A stretch of 48,594 nucleotides of DNA from positions 1-48,594 of the forward strand of contig JBJXGF010000326.1 in NCBI GenBank assembly GCA_046153015.1, written 5' to 3'. The stretch comes from Acidimicrobiales bacterium. GTDB taxonomy: Bacteria; Actinomycetota; Acidimicrobiia; Acidimicrobiales; CAIXPF01. This document shows positions 29,567 to 38,699 of the stretch, piece after piece. Each line of letters begins with the position of its first letter. Position 1 is the stretch's first letter. The position numbers and the translations under genes are program-made. Below the pieces are notes generated by a model that ran no database searches, was not told where the DNA came from, and saw only the letters and a program-made list of their open reading frames with translations.

Positions 29567-30334
29567 TCAGGGACCCGGCCGTTTGGTTCGTCGCCGGTTG
29601 GTGAGGTCCAGCAGTGTCAGCGCCGCAGCGCGTTGGGGGCCGTGCCGGTTCCCGATTTCGTTCAGCTCGGCTTCCCATTCCGGTGTCCAGGCCCAACGCA
29701 GGACCCGATCAGCCACGTTGGACGCGCCGCGTTCAGCGACCTCGCTCAGCACCCACGAACGCACCGCCGCGAGGTCTTGTGTCGAGTAACCGGGGTGACG
29801 TACCCGGCACAACAGCTGCACCGCCCGGCCGACGACCTTCGCATCGGGGGCGTGCAACCGGGCCAGTAGATCGCGACGTAGCGGATTGTCGGCCACCGCG
29901 GCGGCGAGCATGGCCAGCGCCCGCAGATCGCAGTGGAGCCCTCCATCGATGCAGTCCCGAACGTAGGTCCGCGCCCGCATCCGTTGTTGAGGTGTCATCG
30001 GCGCTTTGGCCAGCGCTCGCACCAGCTTCGCCCGTTCATAGCCCGACCGGAACAGGTACACGTCGAGTTCCAGAAACGCGAACGCCTGATCGAATGCAGC
30101 ACCATCTCCCGCGGTCATCCCGTCGCGCAACGAGTGCAGCCACCCGAACAGGGCCGTGCCGGCGTCTCGAGCCTTCGTCGCCAATTCTCGATACTCCCCG
30201 TCCGCCCACGGCAGCGCGGTCGGGCCGAGCTGCGCGAGGCGCTGCACCGCACGATGGGAGGCATCCGTCACCGCGTCGATTCGGAGGCGTACCTCATTGC
30301 GGTCGCGGGCCACGCGGCGGCTTTGCTTGCTCAT
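29567..30334 (-). CDS. hypothetical alpha-helical protein
   Basis: About 255 aa from ATG 30334 (MSKQSRRVARDRNEV..). Helical repeat-like composition. No motif recognised. Confidence 0.55.
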   Translation of the reverse strand: MSKQSRRVARDRNEVRLRIDAVTDASHRAVQRLAQLGPTALPWADGEYRELATKARDAGTALFGWLHSLRDGMTAGDGAAFDQAFAFLELDVYLFRSGYERAKLVRALAKAPMTPQQRMRARTYVRDCIDGGLHCDLRALAMLAAAVADNPLRRDLLARLHAPDAKVVGRAVQLLCRVRHPGYSTQDLAAVRSWVLSEVAERGASNVADRVLRWAWTPEWEAELNEIGNRHGPQRAAALTLLDLTNRRRTKRPGP

Positions 30335-30657
30335 CCGATCATCATGCACACCGCCAGCGGCAGTGGTACCGCGTTGCCTCAGGGCGCGGCCGAGTCGGAT
30401 CCGTAGACCCTGCAACGGGGTTGCCGGGAATGTCGCTGAACCTTGCGCCGCAAGATGACCCGACAACCTCGTCCCAACCCAAGGCCCAGCACCTGGCAGC
30501 TGGAGAGGGAGGAAAGCCAGCGGTGGCGCCGGTCCTCGCCTCAACCTGGGCAAGTTGCTCTGCCGTCGTCCGGCGATGTCGCGCTGTGCCCGGAGAGACC
30601 TCCCGCCAGGCGCGGTCAAACGCAGCGTGCGGTGCCGGACAAGAAGACTCCGGTCTA

Positions 30658-30942
30658 ATGAACCGAGGTCAGGACAACGCGCTGGCGGTGGCGACCTTCG
30701 CCGGCCATCCGGTGGTGCACGTGGGCCGGGGCAACACCGCAGGCATGGCCCACGATCTCGGTCCGTTGGTGATCAGCGGCGACAACCTCAGCGCCACCAA
30801 GGCCCGGTTGTTGCTGATGGCGGCAATGCTGAAGCTCGGCGCCTTGCCGGCGGCGGTAGATCCTCTGGCGCCGACGCGCCAGGAGATTCGGGACAGCCGC
30901 CGTTCGGTGGCCGGCTTCCAGCGGATCTTCGACACCCACTGA
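30658..30942 (+). CDS. hypothetical small protein (may be a C-terminal fragment of a larger enzyme)
   Basis: 94 codons from ATG 30658 (MNRGQDNALAVATFAGHPVVHVGRGNTAGMAHDL..). This is the only protein-like part of the long ORF 29614..30942. Confidence 0.35.
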   Translation: MNRGQDNALAVATFAGHPVVHVGRGNTAGMAHDLGPLVISGDNLSATKARLLLMAAMLKLGALPAAVDPLAPTRQEIRDSRRSVAGFQRIFDTH

Positions 30943-30960
30943 TCCCGCCCGACAACTCGT

Positions 30961-31821
30961 TCAGTTCTGGCGAAGGAGATGCCCGGGGTCGCGTCCGGCG
31001 ACGATTCCGGTGTGGGGACAGTAGCGAGACCAGCCCAACAGCCGTTGGTAATTGCGATCGAGCCCGGCGACCGTGGCCCGGTCGATGCACAGGTACTGGT
31101 TCTCCTGCTGCCGCAACCAGGCCCGGGCGTAGAGCACGGCCACGGCTCGTCGGGGACGGTCGGTCTGGTTGGCGCCGCCACCGTGGATCAAGCGGCCGTC
31201 CCACAACCCCACCGAACCGGCCGGCATCTCGAGGGCGGTCGTGGCGCTGACCGCGCCCTCGAGGTCGGGATCGACGTCGAGGTGGCTGCCGGGCAGGACG
31301 CGGCTGGCGCCGTTCGCTTGGCTGAACGCGTCGAGCGCCCAGATGGCTGACACCATGAGCGGGGGGTGCGGCCGCGGCAGCGGGTAACAGCCGTCGTCGA
31401 AGTGCAGCGCCTGGGCTTCCTCACCGGGCTCGATCTGAATGCTGGAGATCTCCGACAGTTGGATCTGGTCCTGCAGGTGCGCCTCGACCGTGGCGATGAC
31501 CAAGGGATCAGTGATCAGCCCGTCGAACGCTCGCGACTCACCAGCGAGGTTGAACACCCGCTTCGTGCGGTACCCGCCAAACGAACTTCGGCTGTTGTCG
31601 ACATGGCCGCACACACGATCGAACTCGGCGCGCACGGCGTCGAGGTACTCGCCCTGCAGCCGGGATGGGAAGTGCGTGTAGCCCTGCGCGGCCAATTGCC
31701 CGATCTGTGCTTTCGCCTGCGCACGCTGATCGTCGGTGCTCAGGTGGTGCGCAGCGAGGGCCATCGCCTCGGGGCTGAACGGATTGCGGTCGATGGGATC
31801 GCGACCGACGCGGTCTTGCAT
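30961..31821 (-). CDS. phytanoyl-CoA dioxygenase (PhyH) family protein
   Basis: GYTHFPSRLQGEYLDAVRAEFDRV.., QALHFDD (HxD-like), RVLPGSHL, GRLIHGGGANQTDRPRR. I set the start at ATG 31821. Confidence 0.85.
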   Translation of the reverse strand: MQDRVGRDPIDRNPFSPEAMALAAHHLSTDDQRAQAKAQIGQLAAQGYTHFPSRLQGEYLDAVRAEFDRVCGHVDNSRSSFGGYRTKRVFNLAGESRAFDGLITDPLVIATVEAHLQDQIQLSEISSIQIEPGEEAQALHFDDGCYPLPRPHPPLMVSAIWALDAFSQANGASRVLPGSHLDVDPDLEGAVSATTALEMPAGSVGLWDGRLIHGGGANQTDRPRRAVAVLYARAWLRQQENQYLCIDRATVAGLDRNYQRLLGWSRYCPHTGIVAGRDPGHLLRQN

Positions 31822-31946
31822 CCCCGCAGTCTCGCACCGATCTAGCCCGAAACGGGGCGGAAGGGGGCGGACTGGCCCGGCGAGAACAGCGCAGCCGAGG
31901 AAGGTGGAAGGGGGTGAGCCGCTCCCGCTCTTCACCACCTCTAGCC

Positions 31947-32207
31947 TCAGGTTCGGCAGCCAGCGCTGCGGAACACGCGGGCGAACGCCTCAACTCGGCC
32001 CTTGCCGTGGCGCACAAGCCGGCCTGAATGCTGGTTGGTCTGCTGGTCGTCGGCGATCGTCTGCTCGCCATTGACGATCACTGCGTGGTAGCCGGTGGCC
32101 GTTCGGATTCGGCGCCACTCGCCTCCAGGAAGATCGTGCACGATGACGTTGGGGCCGACCGCCAACGCAGCGGGGTCGAACACACCCGTCAGCACCCCGA
32201 ATCTCCT
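31947..32207 (-). pseudogene. C-terminal remnant of an amidohydrolase (D-aminoacylase-like)
   Basis: GVLTGVFDPAALAVGPNVIVHDLPGGEWRRIRTATGYHAVIVNGEQTIADDQQTNQHSGRLVRHG matches the ..FDP..v.D....dlP.G..R....a.Gi..V.VNG..v..dg..tg...GrlLR tail. No catalytic domain lies upstream. Confidence 0.45.
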
Positions 32208-32386
32208 AGCTCGAGGGAAAGCACATCCACGTCGCGGCGTGAGCAGCCTCCTCAGCTTCAACTTGAGGGAGTCGAGGTCTTGAAACGGTCCTGAACGTGG
32301 TGTCTGGCCGACGCGCCTCGCCAATCGGGCCGAATGGGCAAGGTTTCGACGTGCCATAGTCGCAGGACCAGACCAAAGGGGGAGAC

Positions 32387-33175
32387 ATGACGTTCTGCGC
32401 GATGGCTCGTTGTCCGCGCACCGGTGCAGTCGGTGCTGCAGTGGCGACGTTCTCGGTAAACGTTGGAAGGGTGTCGCCGCTCTACACCGGTCTCACGCCC
32501 CGTTTCGAAGCGTCGGGTGGCATGATCTTCGTGCATTCGTCGGTCAGCCTCGGTACCGGTCAGGTGGGCCTCGATGCCTTGCGCTCCGGTCGCGATCTCG
32601 ATGAGGTCATCGATGCGATGGCGAGTCATGACTCGCATTGGGCCTGGCGCCAGGTGACGGTGATGCGGCCGAGCGGCGAGGTTCGGGTGGTGACCGGTAC
32701 AGAGTCGGCAGGGCCGTGGGCCGGTGATCGCAGCGGCGATGGGTGGACCGTGTCGGGAAACGCGCTGCGCGGGGCTGGGGTCGTGGATGCGATGGCAAGC
32801 GCTGTTGTCGATGACGGTGCTGCGCTGTCGGAGCGCCTGATGAGAACACTGGAGGCCGGCCGAGCGGCCGGCGGCCAGGCCGATCCGAAGACCGGTGAAC
32901 CGCTGACCGAACTGTCAGCCGTGCTCCTCGTCTTCGACGGGGAACGCGCCGTGCCCCGTGTCGACCTTCGCATCGACTACGACCCGCTGGCCGTGCCTCG
33001 CCTTCGAGCTCTCCACGACTACACAGGCCCGGTGGGCGACTACTACGACGCTATGGAGCTGTGCCCCGACGCAATGATCTCGTACCTGCGGGAGCGCGGT
33101 GTCTACGACGCAATGCCGCACTTCCGCCAGTTTCGCGACCCCAAGACACTGACGCTGCGGGGCTATCCATCCTGA
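32387..33175 (+). CDS. DUF1028-family (Ntn-hydrolase-like) protein
   Basis: MTFCAMARCPRTGAVGAAVATFSVNVG matches the MTFSIvARcp.tG.lGvAvaS N-terminus of DUF1028 proteins. 262 aa. Confidence 0.8.
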   Translation: MTFCAMARCPRTGAVGAAVATFSVNVGRVSPLYTGLTPRFEASGGMIFVHSSVSLGTGQVGLDALRSGRDLDEVIDAMASHDSHWAWRQVTVMRPSGEVRVVTGTESAGPWAGDRSGDGWTVSGNALRGAGVVDAMASAVVDDGAALSERLMRTLEAGRAAGGQADPKTGEPLTELSAVLLVFDGERAVPRVDLRIDYDPLAVPRLRALHDYTGPVGDYYDAMELCPDAMISYLRERGVYDAMPHFRQFRDPKTLTLRGYPS

Positions 33176-33290
33176 CACCTGTTGGCGCCCGTGTCAGGCA
33201 ACTGGGTGGAGCCGTTCCGGTCCGCCTTTCGTGCGCCGCGGCGCGTAGTTCGGTGGCTCGCCGGGTCGTATCCCCTTCAGCCACTTCAAC

Positions 33291-33680
33291 ATGGTTCTCA
33301 CGCTTGGCTGCACGGCACCACTGGGCGCCCCGGCGTGGCGGGCCATCGACGAGTTCTATCCCCTTGGGTCGGGTGGCCACTGGGTCCTCGCGAACGACTT
33401 CAGTGAACCGTCAAACATCGCCGCCGTGCTCGGTGAACGGGGCTACACGCCCGTCGAGACGTGGGACCGTATCGTGGCGCAAGGGGCGCAGCCCGCGCTG
33501 TGGCGACCGTACGCACCCGGAGCCGAATTGGTCACGTCGAGCAACGCGACAGAATGGGCCGGCTTCGTTCGGAACTGCTTTGGGATGCCCTCGGCCATCA
33601 CGGCGTGGCTCCTGGCGTTGAGCGACCGGAACGGATGGATCCATGGGGATCGACGCGCCAGTTCCCGGGATCTGAACGGA
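33291..33680 (+). pseudogene. possible GNAT-acetyltransferase fragment that degenerates after ~125 codons
   Basis: SNIAAVLGERGYTPVETWDRIV..ATEWAGFVRNCFGMPSAITAWLLALSDRNGWIH is protein-like. After it the ORF becomes Q/R/P-rich nonsense, and GNAT-core-like bits appear in other frames. Confidence 0.3.
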
Positions 33681-33943
33681 GACGCACACGCAGTCGCTCC
33701 CGAGGTTGCGCAGACGCGCCACCGCCGCCAACCTCAGCACCACCAAACGCAACAAGGCCGACGAGGCAGCCAGATACCTACTCAACAAAGGCGAGCTACC
33801 TCGACTACTCAACCGCGCTCGCCGCAGGCTCGGAGACGTTCGACTGGTTGGCCAGTGCCATCCGCGGTCTACGAGCGGTGGGCGGAGTGGGCGGCCGCTA
33901 GGGTGACGGCGCTCTAGCCCACCGATTGCGAGGATATCTCGGG

Positions 33944-34762
33944 ATGCCGATCACCGTCGAGGTCACCTACCCGGCTGACGGCGTCGGCCTGATCGCCTTC
34001 GCCGACCCGCCCCGCAACTTCGGCAACAGCGAGCTGGCCGAGCGCCTGTTGGACGCCGTCGCCGAGCTTGGCCGGGCCGGGTGCCGGGTGTTCGTGCTGG
34101 CCTCCGATACGCCCGGCTACTTCATCGCCCACTGGTCGTTACAGTTCATCGTCGACCGGCAGGCCGCGCTGGAGGCCAACGGCCATATGGCTCCGCCGCC
34201 GGCGCCTCGGATCTTCGAGTCGATATCGGCCACACCGATGATCTCCATCGCTGCCAACAACGGGCAGGCCTGGGGTGGCGGCGCGGAGCTGTCCTGGGCG
34301 TGTGATCTACGCATCGCGGCCAGCTCGGCGACCTACGGGCAGCCCGAGGTGGGCCTCGGCATCATCCCCGGCGCCGGGGGAACGACGCGCCTCGCCCGTC
34401 TGATCGGGCCGACGAAGTGCCTCGAGATGATCCTCGACGGTCGGCCGATCACCGCGGCCGAAGCGCTGCAGCTGGGCGCCATCAACAAGTTGGTACCCGA
34501 CGCGGAGCTCCGTCAGGCCGCCATCGATTGGGCGGCTCATATCGCCCGCTGGCCGGCCTGGTCTTTGGAGGCCTGCAAGCGCAGCTTCTACGAAGGGCGG
34601 GACCTTCCGCTCGAGGTCGCCGGTCGCAACGAATCGCAGATCTTCGCCAGCATGGCCCGCCGGGCCGACTCGATCGCGCTGATGCGTGAGGTCCAGGCCC
34701 GCTACGACGCCGGCCTCGATTCCTACGACGCCATCGGCCTGCCCCGCTCCGGCTCCGCCTGA
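33944..34762 (+). CDS. enoyl-CoA hydratase/isomerase family protein
   Basis: GVGLIAFADPPRNF.., GQAWGGGAELSWACDLRIA, GLGIIPGAGGTTRL. ATG 33944 follows GAGGA. Confidence 0.9.
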   Translation: MPITVEVTYPADGVGLIAFADPPRNFGNSELAERLLDAVAELGRAGCRVFVLASDTPGYFIAHWSLQFIVDRQAALEANGHMAPPPAPRIFESISATPMISIAANNGQAWGGGAELSWACDLRIAASSATYGQPEVGLGIIPGAGGTTRLARLIGPTKCLEMILDGRPITAAEALQLGAINKLVPDAELRQAAIDWAAHIARWPAWSLEACKRSFYEGRDLPLEVAGRNESQIFASMARRADSIALMREVQARYDAGLDSYDAIGLPRSGSA

Positions 34763-34825
34763 ACCGCATCCGCCCGCCCGGCCTGTGACGATCCCGCCAG
34801 GGCGGGTCACGGCTACGCTCGCCGC

Positions 34826-35137
34826 ATGTACAAGTGCCTGGTGAACGGGAGTATCGACGAGGGCGCTCGGCGTGTCGTCGTCGACGGTTTGCGTGCGCTC
34901 ATGGCCACCCGCTTCGGCATCGACGACGTCACGGTCGAGTTCATCGAGATTCCCGAGGGCCGCTGGTTCACCGCCGGGAAGCCGTCGCGTGCGTCGATGG
35001 TGTTGGGTACGGTGCCGGTGGGCACCCCCCAGGACGAACGGGTAGCGGTGATGGACGCCATCGCCCGGCTGTTCGCCGAGGCCGCCGACACCGACTATCA
35101 CGACGTGATGGTCTCCGCGCCCGACCGGAAGGGATGA
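34826..35137 (+). CDS. tautomerase-superfamily-like protein lacking Pro-1
   Basis: 103 aa. It resembles the next gene in layout (YKCLV..IDEGARRVVVDGLRALM..VEFIEI) but starts MYK rather than MP. Confidence 0.5.
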   Translation: MYKCLVNGSIDEGARRVVVDGLRALMATRFGIDDVTVEFIEIPEGRWFTAGKPSRASMVLGTVPVGTPQDERVAVMDAIARLFAEAADTDYHDVMVSAPDRKG

Positions 35138-35140
35138 CGA

Positions 35141-35491
35141 ATGCCGCTGTATCGCTGCACGACACCGACAGGAACGCTGGACGACGCCAAGCGCAAGGCG
35201 ATCGCCGAGGCCATCACGAGTGTCCATTGCGAGGTCACCGGCGCGCCGCCAACGTTCGTACATGTGCAGTTCTTCGACGGCCCCGAGGCGACGATCCACG
35301 GCGGGATCCGAGCGGGTCGCGACGCGCAGCTCACCGAACGCCTCATCGAGCGCTGTGTAGGCGAGGTGGGCGCCATCGCCGGCGTGGCGTTCTCGATGCG
35401 GACGTCGACCACCAACGCCTCGTGGATCTTCGAAGGCGGGCGGGTCTTTCCCGAACCGGGCCACGAAGCCGTCTGGCTCCAGCAGCGCTGA
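35141..35491 (+). CDS. tautomerase family protein (putative oxalocrotonate-tautomerase-like)
   Basis: MPLYRCTTPTGTLDDAKRKAIAEAITSVHCEVTGAPPTFVHVQFF has the Pro-1 start and the conserved TGAP block. Confidence 0.7.
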   Translation: MPLYRCTTPTGTLDDAKRKAIAEAITSVHCEVTGAPPTFVHVQFFDGPEATIHGGIRAGRDAQLTERLIERCVGEVGAIAGVAFSMRTSTTNASWIFEGGRVFPEPGHEAVWLQQR

Positions 35492-35577
35492 TCGAATCGG
35501 GGCGAGGCCGCAGCGGCGGCGCCCGGCCGATTCGGCGCCGATTCGTCGGTAGGGTTTGGTCTCTGTGCGACGCATCT

Positions 35578-35814
35578 TGCGGACCAACGACGACGGCAGT
35601 CGGCTGCGCGGTCGCCGACCAGCAGGTCCCCAACGGCTATTACCACCTCGACCACATGATCACCTCCGCTGCGCACCGTGGCACTGAGATCGGCCTCTGT
35701 GGCACCTGCTTGGACGCACGAGGGATCACCGACGCGTTGAACGTCCCCGACGCCCACCGCTCCAGCCTCGAGGTCACGGACTGGACCCTCTGGGCCGACA
35801 AGACCATCACCTTT
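35578..35814 (+). pseudogene. DsrE/DsrF-like protein, C-terminal two-thirds without a start codon
   Basis: AVGCAVADQQVPNGYYHLDHMITSAAHRGTEIGLCGTCLDARGITDA..WTLWADKTITF fits the DsrE-like pattern (GYYn.e.m...G.ev..CGtCmdARGi...Adkv.tF). There is no in-frame ATG/GTG/TTG upstream, and no stop after TITF. Confidence 0.5.
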
Positions 35815-35819
35815 GACCC

Positions 35820-36040
35820 GCTGATCCGTCTACTCGCGCGACGCGGACTGCGTTTCGAGTTGGAGGAGGCGGAGGGAGGTGGGGTTGACGAAACGTTCCC
35901 AATCGTCCAGACGCACCTGGTGCGCGAAGCGGTGGCATCGACCCGGATCGAAGGAACGCTCGCCTCGATCGTCGAGGTCTTCGATACCGATGGGTCCGAT
36001 GCCGGGCTCACCGGCCACATGGAGGTGGACTTCGCGTTCG
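35820..36040 (+). pseudogene. Fic-family N-terminal (Fic_N-like) fragment fused in frame to the DsrE remnant
   Basis: PIVQTHLVREAVASTRIEGTLASIVEVFDTD matches the ..l.r.EAvaSS.IEGT.as..e.. motif. No HxFx(D/E)GNGR core follows. Confidence 0.4.
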
Positions 36041-36561
36041 GCAGGAGTTGCGAGAGACCGTCAAGCCGGCCGAGCGGAGATTCTGCCTCGCCCAGCAGCG
36101 TCGCGGTGTCCGCGCTCAACACCAAGGGGCGCGGTCGCCGCCCCGGCTGGAAGGCCCAATGTTCGCGGCGTCCCGGCGTCGGCGCACCTCCCCCAACCGG
36201 TGGCGTTCATACCGGTCTCGATCCACCCGTTCTACCCAGCGTCTCTAACGAAATTGGACGACCACGTCAGATCAGAGACGAACGTCGACCGCGCGCCGTC
36301 GACCCGACGCTGTCGGGTCGACGGTGAAGCAGTCGTTGGCGCAGATCTCCTGTGCGGTCGAAGGCCGGCCAAGTCCACGACGAGTGGGTTGGGTCCAGTG
36401 GGATACGCCGCCTCGAAGCTGTCGCTGAGTGGCATCAGCGGCCGCCCTTGGCGTCGACGACCCGCTAGGCGAAGCGCTCATCCGGCAAGGGGCGGGCGCA
36501 GCCGGCAACGGGGGCGCTGGCTGGTCTACGCTCGGGTCGCGCACCCGAGGGGAGGGCCGTT

Positions 36562-37821
36562 GTGAGCGAGGTCGGTGACGCTACCGCGAGCCTCTACGAG
36601 CGGCTGATCGGGGAGGATCGGGTGTCGGGGCGGTTGTACGTCGAGCCGGCCGTCTTCGAGCGCGAGTTGGAGCGAATCCACCATGGGGGTTGGGTGTTCG
36701 TCGGCCACGAGAGTGAGGTGGCTGCACCCGGCGAATTCGTCACTCGGCTGCTCGGTCGCCAGCCGGTGGTGCTGACCCGCGACGAGGCCGGCGCGGTGCG
36801 GCTGTGTTCGAACCGCTGCCCGCACCGCGGTGCCACGGTTTGCGGCCTTGATCGAGGCCAGAGCCGGTACTTCCGCTGCCCGTACCACGCCTGGACCTTC
36901 GACAACGCCGGAGCGTTGGTGGCCCTGCCCGGCGAGGAGGGCTTCGGGCCGACGTTCGATCGCGCCGCGCACGGGCTGGCGCCGGTGCCCCGCATGGACA
37001 GCTTTCGGGGATTCGTGTTCGGGAGCTGGTCGCACGACGTGCCGACGCTGGCCGAGCACCTCGGCCGGTCTGGCGAGATGATCGACCGTTTGTGCGACCT
37101 GTCGCCGGTGGGGGAGATCTCGCTGCGGGCCGGGTGGCTGCGCCATCGCATTCGGGCCAACTGGAAGATGGCCGCCGAGAACGTGTGCGACTTCTACCAT
37201 CCGCCGATCACCCACGCTTCCTCCGGCCTGGCCGCCGGCCTGCCTCCGGGCTATTTCAGCGACGCTTTCGGTGGCGTGACGCGGGATCTGGGCGGCGGCC
37301 ACGGCGAGGTGGACTACCGGCCGGCTCTGGCCGGCGCGACGCCCAAACCGCTGGAGAGCTACCAAGGCCCGCGGCGTCAACACCTCGACCTACTGGCGGC
37401 GCGCGACGGCGCGGCGGCCGCAGTGGCACGGCTGCGGGTCGGCCCGCCGCACGGGTTCATCTTTCCCAACCTGTTCATCGCCGAGGAGAGCATCTTCGTC
37501 ATCCAGCCGGTCAACGTGGCGGAGATGACCCACCTGCAGACGCCGGTCATGTGGGTGGGCCTGCCTGAGGAGATGCACCGTCGCCAGCTGCGGCGCTTCG
37601 AGGGCGGCTTCGGACCGGGCGGTATGGTCGAACCCGACGATGCGGCGACGTGGGAGCGGATCCAGCTCGGCTTGCAGGCAGGCGAACCCGAATGGGTGAT
37701 GCTGGAACGTGGCGTGGAACGAGACGCCTCGGGGGTGGGGCGAGCGCTGGACGAGATCGCCATGCGCGGCTTCTGGCGCCACTACCGCTCACTGATGACC
37801 AACGGGGCGGCGGCGAGATGA
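36562..37821 (+). CDS. aromatic-ring-hydroxylating dioxygenase, Rieske alpha subunit
   Basis: GTG start. Rieske motif CSNRCPHRGATVC..FRCPYHAWTF. 419 aa. ATGA overlap with the beta-subunit gene. Confidence 0.9.
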   Translation: MSEVGDATASLYERLIGEDRVSGRLYVEPAVFERELERIHHGGWVFVGHESEVAAPGEFVTRLLGRQPVVLTRDEAGAVRLCSNRCPHRGATVCGLDRGQSRYFRCPYHAWTFDNAGALVALPGEEGFGPTFDRAAHGLAPVPRMDSFRGFVFGSWSHDVPTLAEHLGRSGEMIDRLCDLSPVGEISLRAGWLRHRIRANWKMAAENVCDFYHPPITHASSGLAAGLPPGYFSDAFGGVTRDLGGGHGEVDYRPALAGATPKPLESYQGPRRQHLDLLAARDGAAAAVARLRVGPPHGFIFPNLFIAEESIFVIQPVNVAEMTHLQTPVMWVGLPEEMHRRQLRRFEGGFGPGGMVEPDDAATWERIQLGLQAGEPEWVMLERGVERDASGVGRALDEIAMRGFWRHYRSLMTNGAAAR

Positions 37822-38327
37822 GCGCCATCGAGGATTTGCTCGAGCAGCAGCGCGTCGAGCAGTTGCTGTTTCTCGAAGCCCGGCTCATCGACGAGCGCCG
37901 CTTCGCTGAATGGGAGGCCCTGTGGGTCGACGAGGGGATCTACTGGGTGCCGGCCAACGGTGAGGACACCGATCCCGACACCGATGTGTCACTCATCTAC
38001 GACAACCGATCCCGCATGCACAACCGGGTCGAGCGCTATGCGGGTGGTAAAGCGCTTTCCCAGCAGCCGCCACCGCGCACCGTCCACCTCGTCGGCAACG
38101 TGACCACCATCGAGCCTGCCACCGCCGGTGCCGTTGGTAGTGACGTGCGCCGGTGGGTCCACTCGACGGTGCAGGTGGCCGAGTCCCGCCCCGGCGTGCG
38201 CATCGACTGGGTCGGCCGGGTCACCCACCACCTCGTCGAACGCGACGGCGAGCTGCGCATCGCCTTCAAGAAGGTCATGCTCGTCAACAACGACCAGGAA
38301 CTGACCACCATCGACTTCCTGCTCTGA
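37818..38327 (+). CDS. aromatic-ring-hydroxylating dioxygenase beta subunit (NTF2-like)
   Basis: 169 aa from ATG 37818. VEQLLFLEARLIDERRFAEWEALWVDEGIYWVP..LIYDNRSRMHNRVERY is typical of beta subunits. Confidence 0.85.
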   Translation: MSAIEDLLEQQRVEQLLFLEARLIDERRFAEWEALWVDEGIYWVPANGEDTDPDTDVSLIYDNRSRMHNRVERYAGGKALSQQPPPRTVHLVGNVTTIEPATAGAVGSDVRRWVHSTVQVAESRPGVRIDWVGRVTHHLVERDGELRIAFKKVMLVNNDQELTTIDFLL

Positions 38328-38572
38328 ACCGCCTGGCCCGGCTGCGATCCTCGAGCTGGCTGACCACCGGCGGCGGCGCCCAGGGACATCGATGAGCGCA
38401 CGGCCGGTGCGGCCGTTGCCCTCGACGGCCGGCCACAGCGGACGGCGCGCATGGCGGCTGCAGTACCAGCCGGTATTCGCAGCGTCGAGTTCGGCTGGAG
38501 TCACGGGCGGGTGCGGCCCAGCCGGTGGATGACCGTGAGCGTGCCGGAAACGCGTCGGCGTCCAACACGCCA

Positions 38573-38699
38573 CGGGATACCACAGCCCCCCAGTCCGACA
38601 GATCGACCCCGAGAGCCGGAGTGGCCACAGATCGTGGGATTCGTTGTCGTCGACCGGCAACGAACGGCAGGGAGCGGTAACGAGTGGACACGAGCAACC
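38573..38699. repeat. flank module X (copy A), directly abutting the left end of repeat copy 3
   Basis: GGGATACCACAGCCCC..GTCCGACA..TCGACCC..CCGGA....GACCGGCAACGAACGGCAGG is colinear with 47953-48078. The exact 16-mer GGCAACGAACGGCAGG is at 38656-38671 and at 48056-48071. Confidence 0.65.

Noticed and set aside
29614-30657. First 348 codons of ORF 29614..30942
   Set aside because: It is Pro/Arg/Ala-rich nonsense antisense to the 29567..30334 gene. Only the last 94 codons (30658..30942) were kept, as a low-confidence CDS.
34307-36327. Very long ORFs 34307..35587 (-) of 426 aa and 34834..36327 (+) of 497 aa
   Set aside because: Their composition is Arg/Gly/Pro/Ala-rich and low-complexity. They run antisense or out of frame to well-supported crotonase and tautomerase genes. 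These are typical high-GC shadow ORFs. Only the DsrE-like and Fic-like sub-segments of the + ORF look protein-like.
36526-37383. 285-aa ORF antisense to the Rieske alpha-subunit gene
   Set aside because: This is a shadow ORF. The + strand carries the CxH..CxxH Rieske motif.
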